DNA of 64,000 bases from Hamiltosporidium tvaerminnensis FI-OER-3-3 (lineage: Eukaryota > Fungi > Microsporidia): assembly GCA_022605425.2 (NCBI GenBank), contig JAKIMF020000004.1, forward strand, positions 868,001-932,000. Direction: 5' to 3'. The position numbers and the translations under genes were made by a program. Shown here piece by piece: positions 55,179-64,000 of this stretch. Numbering within the stretch: position 1 is the stretch's first letter; every line of letters starts with the position of its first letter. The notes beneath the pieces are model-generated. The model was not told where the DNA came from. It did not search any database and saw only the letters and a list, made by a program, of their open reading frames with translations.

Positions 55179-56609
55179 TATTAACTAGCATGTTTAGTAA
55201 AATAAGCAGATTTGAACATAAAACATTTTATCAAATCTAAAAAACAACAACAAGTACATCACATTTATACTTATAGCTCAAGTTCTTTTAAAAACGGTGA
55301 AATTAAATTATAAAATAAGTTTGTAATATAATTAAAAAATATATTTATCATATCATTCCGTCGCAAATTTCTAGTTTTAATGTATTCATATTCTATGATC
55401 TATCTTAATTTATAAAAGGTTCCCTTAGCATATAGTCTTCTGTTCCATCTTTTTTTAAAGATTGAACTAGCTTTAAACATAGCAAAATTAATAATATATT
55501 TTTCTAGGATTTGAAATTTTTGTGTTTGCGGCAACTGTACAATTTCGAAATATTAAACTTCGATTTTTTCGTATATCACAATAAAACAATTTTTTATATC
55601 TCATGCGGTAATCATTACTCAATTTAGCATTGATCTTTAAATGTATTAATTTAAAGCAAAAATATAATTTTACTCAAATTTATTCTTCTTGCTGAAATAT
55701 ATGTTTAATTTTAAATAAATATGTATGCCAAGGTTTTTTTAAGGTAATAATTTAATTATCGTTAAGCTGCAATCAATAAGTAAATAAATCAGAACTTTGA
55801 TAAAACTTACACCTATTAATAAACTCGATTCCAGATATTTATTAAAAAAATATTAAATAAATTGTTTTATTGCTTTGAGTTTAACAATTAAAATGGTTTT
55901 TATGATTCGAAAATATAAATGCATATTTTCACATTAAAAAACTAGATTTACATAGATATTGAAAGAATTGAATATTATTTTTAATCTGGAAAAGTTTTAA
56001 AAGTAAAATTCAATTTTTTTCACAGAAACAACTAATATTTGTTTACAAAAATAATTTATTGATATAAATTTGGGATAGGGCTGCCGCTTTGGGAAAAAGA
56101 ATATATCATATCATAAACTAATAGAATACTTCTTTTTTCACCAACAACAGGGATCATTTCTATTTATTTTAAAAAAATAATTAAATATTTTATACTGTGG
56201 TTCTAAATTCTTTGATAGGTGTTATGTTCCGAATTATAGAAAAAAATACATGATTCAGATTTGGCCATAATAGAATAAAAATATAATATAAGCCCTAACT
56301 TTCTCTATAGGCATTTATCAGCGAATCTGTTTCAAGTCAAAATGAGTTGAGCAATATATATAGAGCTTTTTTATTCTAATACTCATAAATTGCTTATGAT
56401 TTCGGTATTAAATTAGAAAAATATTTTTTTTTTCTAAATATGTATAATTCATGGATTGATTTGTGTCAAATCAGAAGAAAGACAGCAAAAAGTAGTTACT
56501 TAGGATCCAATGATGTTGAAATATATGTAATAAGTATGATTAAAATAAATCTATACATTACTGGGTATCATTATATTTAAAAGAAAAAATTCCTTATATA
56601 TATCTGTAT

Positions 56610-59600
56610 TATTTACAAATATAACCAAGCTCGTACACACCATTCACCATCATAAATAACATTTCTATACTACCAAGCGAAGCAAACACAAACACAAACA
56701 CAAACACAAAGGTATGCTTGCTTAAAGCCATACCCTCGCCATCTAACCCTATGCATTCAAGCACCGTGACCCCTAGGCCAGATATAGCTGCTAGTGGGCC
56801 AAACCTTTGTACCATACCTATTTCCGAAAGGCTCGTTGTACTCCGATCCATACTCAGATCTATAGAGGCCGAGCGTCAGGAATTTATTCGATGTGTTTTT
56901 TTTGCAGTACAAACAAGGTTTGACCGAATGCCTAGAAATGGATGGAAAGAGATACAGAGCTACTATAATGAGAAGTTCTCCTGTACCGAAACTATCGATG
57001 TGCTAAAAAGAATGGCACACAATAAGACGGAAGAGGAAATTAGGCAGGAAAAGAATGGAGAGCGACGTCGAATCGCCACTTGTCTCGCCGAGCCATGTTC
57101 CTTGACCGATACTGCTCGATTTATAAGCCTGAGAGAAAAATACTTGAGTAATATCAAAAAAATATCTGAGGAGGAAATCGGAAAAGTAGTAGTCCGAACT
57201 CGAAAGCTTCCAAATGAATTGGTTGACAGTACAGTTCTTGATCTTATTAATCGAATAGTCGGTGAATATGCTGACTCTCATGTTCCTATGACGATAACAG
57301 ACATTGCCCGAATTATCCAGACAGCACAGGTATGTTATGACGAATAAACACGTAAAGAGAGGCCAAGATCAACGTGGAAAGAAAGCATTGAGAGTAAAAT
57401 TTCAGTGTTAAAACTTTCAAAAGATATCCTCGAGAAAGCACGTAGACGGGAAGAACTCTCCTCTTCTCAAACTAAAAGTCTTAAAAAAATTATGCGAGAG
57501 TTTAATTTAGACCTAAACAAAACAAATGATCTATCGGAAGCTTTAGTTAAGAAGAATGAGCTGATAACTGTTTACGAAAAAAAACTTACGAGGTACGAAA
57601 GTAGGAAGCAATTCCGAAAAGAGAATCGTATGTTTGAGTTGTTCCGAGGTAGATATTATCGTGGCCTGTCTGAGCGTGTGGAATCCGAGCATTAGTTAAT
57701 CGTGACGAAATTGTAAGTTTTTGGTCCACAATGTGGAACAAAAATAATGAAATAGTTACGTATGATGAGTATCTGATACCTTTCGTGCCGGATACTCACC
57801 AGGCCACGTTTCCTTCACTTGATGAATTTGTAGATATTATCAATTGGCTTCCTAACTGGAAAGCCGCCGGAATTGATGGGATCTACAATTTTTATATCAA
57901 GAAACTTACGACTCTTCACATGTATCTTTATGATATTGTGAAAGCCATATGTTTTGAAGGAACACTACAAGCTAATTGGTTTTATCATGGGCTAACGTAT
58001 CTCATTCCAAAAAGCGTACCACAAAAGGCTCCGACTATAGGCCAATAACTTGTATGTCAAACCTTTACAAGCTGACGACGAAGTGTGTTACAAAAGTTGT
58101 TCAGCTTGAGGTAGAGAGGCGAGGGTTACTAGCAGATAATCAATTAGGTGCAGTGAGAGGTGTGCAAGGAGCGAAGGAGCAGGCCCTGCTAAATGTTGCT
58201 CTTAATAAAGAGTATGGAAACAATCTTAAGGCAACGTGGATTGATGTCAAAAAGGCGTATGATTCAATAGATCATGCTTATTTGACACAAGTCATCGAAA
58301 ACCTTAATTTACCTGATTGGATCCTGAAATTTATTAAGGTAACAATATCAAAATGGAAAATTGATATTTCGGTAGGGTCTGAAAAATTATGAACAAGAAG
58401 ATTGATAAGGGGATTCTACTGGGAGATAGTTTGTCACCCATATTGTTTGTGCTGTGTATGGATCCATTGAGCCGTAAACTCAATGAAGAATACGCAAAAG
58501 TGACAATACAAACAGAGGATGCATCACACTCTACCAATCATCTCTTGTTCATTGATGATCTTAAGCTCCTTGCCAAAGATGGAACAACGCTTGAAAAGAT
58601 GACAGAGGAGGTAAAAATGTTTGTGAAAAATATAGGATTAGAAATAAACAGAGAGAAGTCGGCCAAAAATGATTCGTGTTGTGAGAATACTGCTACTCTT
58701 CTTGAAGGAATAGGTGTCTACAAATACCTCGGAATAATAGAAGATAGCAGAGGAATTCCAACACGTAAGTCGTTTGAGGAAGTACAAACCAAACTGATAG
58801 CGAGGGTAGAGAGACTTTGCCGCACGAGATTGAATGCAAGAAATTTATTTCAAGCTATCAATCAACATGCGATATCTCTAATAAACTATCATTTAGGTGT
58901 ACTTCGACTTGAACCTGGCGACTTCTCAAAGTTGGATGACGCAGTACGTGCAGTTTTAGTAAAGAACAAGATACATCTTTGCCCAGGATGTAAAGAACGT
59001 CTGTACCTTCCCAGAACAGAACTCGGGAGAGGTCTTCATAGTGTTGAGTTCAAAAGCGAACATATGCTTTTGCAACTCTTGGATTGTCTGGAAAAATCTA
59101 AAGAAACATCAACCAGAAGAGCAGCAATCCTTAAGGTGGAGAATGATAATAAAACCTATCTTGCACTAATAAAAGACTTTTTACAAGTAAAATACGGGAT
59201 GGCAGAGGAGGTCACTAAAAATAAATTAGATGAAGCTCAACTAGCTAACTTATATAACGAAATAGAAAAACGAAAACTACATTCAAAGTTATATAATGCT
59301 AGAAACAACGAGCTAGTAAGTGTAAATGACTCCTCAAGATGGTTAAAGAAAGGAAGTGTAAGACCGCGTGATGAAGCAGTGTTCTGCTATATCCAGGATA
59401 GAAACGTATTTTGGGGAGCAGAAGGTGTGTGTCAACACTGCAACACGTCTAGAAAAACAGTAGACCATTTAGCAACGAGATGTGAAAAAATGCTTGGTCA
59501 TGACTATACTAGACGACACAATGAAGTGGTACGATGTATACATTGGCCCTTGTTAAATAAATATAAATTCAAGTCTTCAAAACGAATCAGAAGCCACTCA

Positions 59601-60305
59601 GTTCAAGAAATTCTTGATAATGAGTATGCAGAGATAAGAGTGGATACCAGAATAAAAACTGATGTCAAAATTCGAAATAATAGGCCAGATATATTCGTTT
59701 TAGACAAGAGACGAAATAAGATTACCCTCATTGAAGTAGGAATCACCTCCCAAGACTCACTTCAAATAGTTGAAACAGAGAAACTTAGGAAGTATGACCT
59801 ATTAGCAAATGAGCTGGGTCTTATTTACAAATGTAATCTAGAGATAATTCCTTATGTGATAACATGAGACGGTATTGTGACAAAATACCATAAGACTTAT
59901 CTTAAAAGATTACAAATACCCATAAATGTAGAGGCATACATTCAGTCCATCGTACTTAAGAAAACTGTCGAAATGATTTCCTTCGATCGACGAAGAGGAA
60001 TTGAGTCAGGACCAAGTGCCGAAGAGAGCTGGGAAAGGGCGTCATTAAGTGTTATTATAGGAGCTAAGATGCATAAACAGCCAACACCCCCCTTAAAAGA
60101 AGTGAAGAACGAGGAAGATAGTGTTAAACAAGTAAATTCAAAAAATATTTTACCCCTTATTTTAGATGACGTAACCAGACCAGAGGAACCTACGATAGAC
60201 ATTAATGATAAGTCGGATGTAGAAAAAGAGAATAAAGTGGTTAAAGTGATGGAAGAAATTAGTTAAACGAGAGAAAATTTGTTAACCCAGAATTTTATTA
60301 AATAA
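56610..60305 (+). mobile_element. Near-full-length R4-clade (RLE) non-LTR retrotransposon with a disrupted single ORF
   Basis: ORF pieces 56718-60266 give NWKAAGIDG, DYRPITC, WIDVKKAYDSI, GILLGDSLSP, HLLFIDDLKL, YKYLG, CCHC and RLE motifs. In-frame stops at 57345 and 59865; frame changes near 57693, 58010 and 58385. (AAACAC)n in the 5' UTR. 5' limit approximate. Confidence 0.95.
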
Positions 60306-62101
60306 AATGTTATTATAAAAGATTGAGTTATCTTGAACTCAACAAATTGAATTCAATTCTATAATCTTGATAAATGTTTTTTTTTAATGTAATTACTTAC
60401 AAAGATATAGATTAATTTCACAATTAAAATCAGTTTTTTAGTTTTACGTAAAAAAGATGACGGACTATGAGATAGAATCTGCATACAAAAATTTAATTGT
60501 AGCTTGAATTATATTAATAAAAATTACCTTATGAGTTTTTTGATTATATTTTAAAATTTTCACAATGAATTTTGGAAAAAAAGTTATTATAAACCAAAGA
60601 GGGTAATAATACATTTAAAATACCTGAAAAATGTTTTTGTGTCGTTCTTTTCTAATTCTAATAGCGATAAGTAACGTAAATTCGTGTTTCAGAAGAGCCA
60701 CATAAATAAAATCTAAATTATTGTTTAAAAATCGTATTTTTTTAGCAGAGATATTTTGCAAAAACATCTAAAATCAAAAAAAATACAAGATACACTAATT
60801 TGATATAATTATAGGACAGGCATCAGCAATTATGACGATTAAACGTAACAAACACATGAATATAAATATGATGTAAACTTAAAAACTTATTACATAATGA
60901 AATTGAGTTTAAGCACCTAAAAAAGTATTATATAAGAACTCTATCAAGCAAACCATTTTTAAGAAATGAAGAGATATTCAATAAATGAGTTCAAATATAT
61001 CTAAATTTTATTAAAATATTGGAGCAATGTTAGTTCAAGAGGCAATGAACAAAAGGCATTTATAAGATCGAATCTATAAATACTTTTCTAGCCAAAATTA
61101 AGGTCGGATTGTAAATATATTTGAAATAAATTAAATTACAGTTAAGTTGTGGTTTTAAGATTCTAGAATAAAATATAGTTTAGTAAAAAATAATCAGAAA
61201 TTTCTCCCCACAATATCAGCTTGATTCACTCTCGCTATATATAGATTCATCAAATTCAAAAAGCACTTTTTAATGCATATTTATAGAACAATTCGGTTTT
61301 TGGTCTAAAATAATTTAATTGTTCTTGATAACAATAAATTAAGAATATGACTAAGCTAGGAAAGAAAATGATATATTATAAGTTTAAAGATTTTCATAGA
61401 ATACTGTTTGCAAGACTTTTTTCATTTTAAAGGAATTACGATCTACATTTATATAAGTCTTAACTTGGATATAATATAAATGATCGACTAAAAAACATAT
61501 TTATTTTATTTAAATTTGTAGTTTGAACAAAACATGTTTTACGCAATAAATTTAGTTGAAATTTTAACTAATTTATTTTTTTTGCGACTAAAAATAAGTA
61601 GATTTGAATTAGGAAAATATATGTAAAAAATGAACACATATATTGCTATCATAAGCATGTAGATAGGGTGCAAAAATTTCATCTGGCTTGTGAAATTCAC
61701 TATAGCGCTGTCTAAATTGTTATATTTGTGCAACCACCAAGAAACTGACTCAGAATCGACTTATAAAATTTAAATAAATTATTTTATAAACCACAATAGC
61801 TTTGGAAAATCCAACTAATTATATCAAAAAATAACTCAATATATACTATAAATCATCGCCTTCATAAAATAAAACAAAGATATTATATCTTGATATAATA
61901 TATACCGATGTAAAATTGGCCATTTCAGGCATATTTTATGATTTAGAATGCTCTTTTAATGTGGAAAGTAAGAACTCATATTAAATAAAACGATCTTTGA
62001 ATTCTAAAAAAGAGAGAATAAATGTACCTTATCAAAAAATTTCCTTAATATAAATTTTGAAGGCGATCCTTCGAAAATTCAATCAAATGATATTGTTTTA
62101 T

Positions 62102-62315
62102 TGCCCCACCATGCCGGGAGCAGAATTGGCTTGGAGTATTCTCTGCTTTTCATAAGAGGCGGCTAAAAGGAACTGATCCCTTATGTTGGGCGTAGGGCTA
62201 ACAACCCACTCTCCAAAACCACCTTGTTACGAAACCCGATAGGTAAACAAACCCACTGGAAAAAGACTGGGGGTTTACTAAGGAAGCCAAGACCCGCCCA
62301 GGGGGGGGACAAAGG
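62102..62315 (+). mobile_element. Bipartite RTE-derived SINE-like element (family C), absent from the paralogous site
   Basis: TCTGCTTTTCATAAGAGGCGGCTAAAAGG, GTTGGGCGTAGGGCTAACAACCCACTC..TTGTTACGAAACCC and GGAAGCCAAGACCCGCCCAGGG. Empty site at about 43683-43695. Confidence 0.8.
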
Positions 62316-62664
62316 AAAAAAAAAAAAATATTTTTTTTATAAAAAAAAAAAAAAACCAAAACCAAAAAAAAACTCTATTTATAAAATTTTTTAATAATTT
62401 TAAATTTATTTATAAATTAATTTTTAAAAAAAAAAAAAAAAAAAATTTTTTTTTTTTTTTTTTTTTTAAATTTAAAAATAAAAAAAAAAAAAATAAAAAA
62501 AATTTTTTTTTTTTATTAATATTAAAAAAAAAAAATTTATTTAATAAAAAAAAAAAAAATTAAAAAAAAAAAAAATTTTTTTATATTATAATAATAAAAA
62601 AATAAAATAAATAAATATTTTTAATTAAAAAAAAAAAAAATAAAAAAAAAAAAAAAAAAAAAAA

Positions 62665-62699
<35 letters not shown>

Positions 62700-62781
62700 A
62701 AAAAAATATTTAAAAAAAAAAAAAAAAAAAATTAATTTTTTTTTTTTTATTAAAATTTTTTTTTTTTTTTTAATTTATTAA

Positions 62782-62818
<37 letters not shown>

Positions 62819-62998
62819 AATATTATAATATTAAATTTAAAAAAAAAAATAAAAAAATAAAAATTTAAAATTTAATTTTTTAAAATTATTTTTAAAATTT
62901 TTTTATTTTTTTAAAATTTTTTAATAAAAAAAAAAAATAAAAAATAATATTAAAAATAAAAAATATTTATTTAAAAAAAAATAAAAAAAAAAAAAAAA

Positions 62999-63077
<79 letters not shown>

Positions 63078-63083
63078 TAAAAA

Positions 63084-63123
<40 letters not shown>

Positions 63124-63158
63124 AATTAATTATTATAAAAATTAAAAAAAAAATTTAA

Positions 63159-63190
<32 letters not shown>

Positions 63191-63209
63191 TTTAAATAAT
63201 TAAAAAATA

Positions 63210-63253
<44 letters not shown>

Positions 63254-63282
63254 AAAAAAAAAAAAAAAAAAAAAAAATATTA

Positions 63283-63321
<39 letters not shown>

Positions 63322-63389
63322 TTTTTTATTTTTTTTAAAAAAATAAAAAAAAAAAAAAAAAAAATTTTTTTAATTTTTTTTTATTAATT
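62316..63389. other. A/T homopolymer tract, probable low-quality sequence artefact
   Basis: Essentially no G/C after about 62375. Its length (about 1075 bp) matches the paralogous normal sequence 43694-44758. Confidence 0.8.
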
Positions 63390-63914
63390 AGGTTTTTTAT
63401 GTAACCAGATTGCGGATCGCAGCTGAACGTGTAAGTAATTGCCAGGTAAAATATCGCAACATAGCTTTGCTTACCCGGGTTAGAAGATTTGGCGTTTAAG
63501 AGATATAAAAAATTAAACCATTTAAAACCGAGAAGCTAAAGTAGAATGCTATAGCGGTTCGTATGGCATTGCATTGTCTAAAGCGACCTCATGTAAGTCT
63601 CTGAAATATATCTTAGCTAAAAGTTTACTAGTTCAAAAATTGTAGAGTAAGTGGGTATCCTGCATAGTCTTGGAGGAACTCAAGACTGGGTTAAGCCTAA
63701 GATTACAACTATGCAACAGAAATTAACGAACTCTTGGTAACTACTTTGCCCATTAATATGTTCTATACACCATTTATATGATGGGATTTGGTATTTAGGT
63801 ATCTTAGACGGTACCATTGGTTGTTGGGTCGTAGTTATATATGTAAAACCTAGAACTGCGTTGATGCCATGAAACAAATATAACACCTGCCTCTGCTTTA
63901 AAATGATCTGATAT
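63390..63914 (+). mobile_element. Repeat family B copy (5' part lost in the artefact tract)
   Basis: Matches 44759-45280 and the other B copies. Confidence 0.85.
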
Positions 63915-64000
63915 TTTGTAATAAAAAATATCTTTTACTCAAACACATATAAATTTTTAATTAAATAACTCTAAAAAGATAGGTTCTGAGCCCAAATCGT

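Larger units (their letters stand above)
60308..64000 (+). repeat. Segmental duplication, copy 2 (runs off the window end)
   Basis: 60308-62100 matches 41903-43694, and 63390-64000 matches 44759-45366. Confidence 0.9.

Overview
A 64-kb, very AT-rich, gene-sparse eukaryotic window. Intronless divergent genes with CCC/CCG/GGG motifs just upstream of the ATG and AATAAA overlapping stop codons point to a large-genome microsporidian (Hamiltosporidium-like; inference). About nine host genes are present: a GSK3-family kinase, GFA1, a 98-aa 3-TM protein, a 447-aa secreted-type orphan, an MCMDC2-like protein, TRM82, an SLC35F-like transporter, an Eyes-absent-like HAD protein and a frameshifted secreted Lys-rich protein. 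They lie among many retroelements: four R4-type (RLE) LINE copies of different ages, RTE-clade LINE relics, a bipartite RTE-derived SINE-like element (2 copies), and two non-coding dispersed repeat families (A about 230 bp x6, B about 720 bp x6) that share a structured head of about 110 nt. The window also holds a 3.1-kb cassette bounded by inverted repeats of about 318 bp, a segmental duplication of at least 3.4 kb, and about 1.1 kb of probable base-calling artefact. All homology calls are motif recognition by eye and repeat boundaries are approximate.
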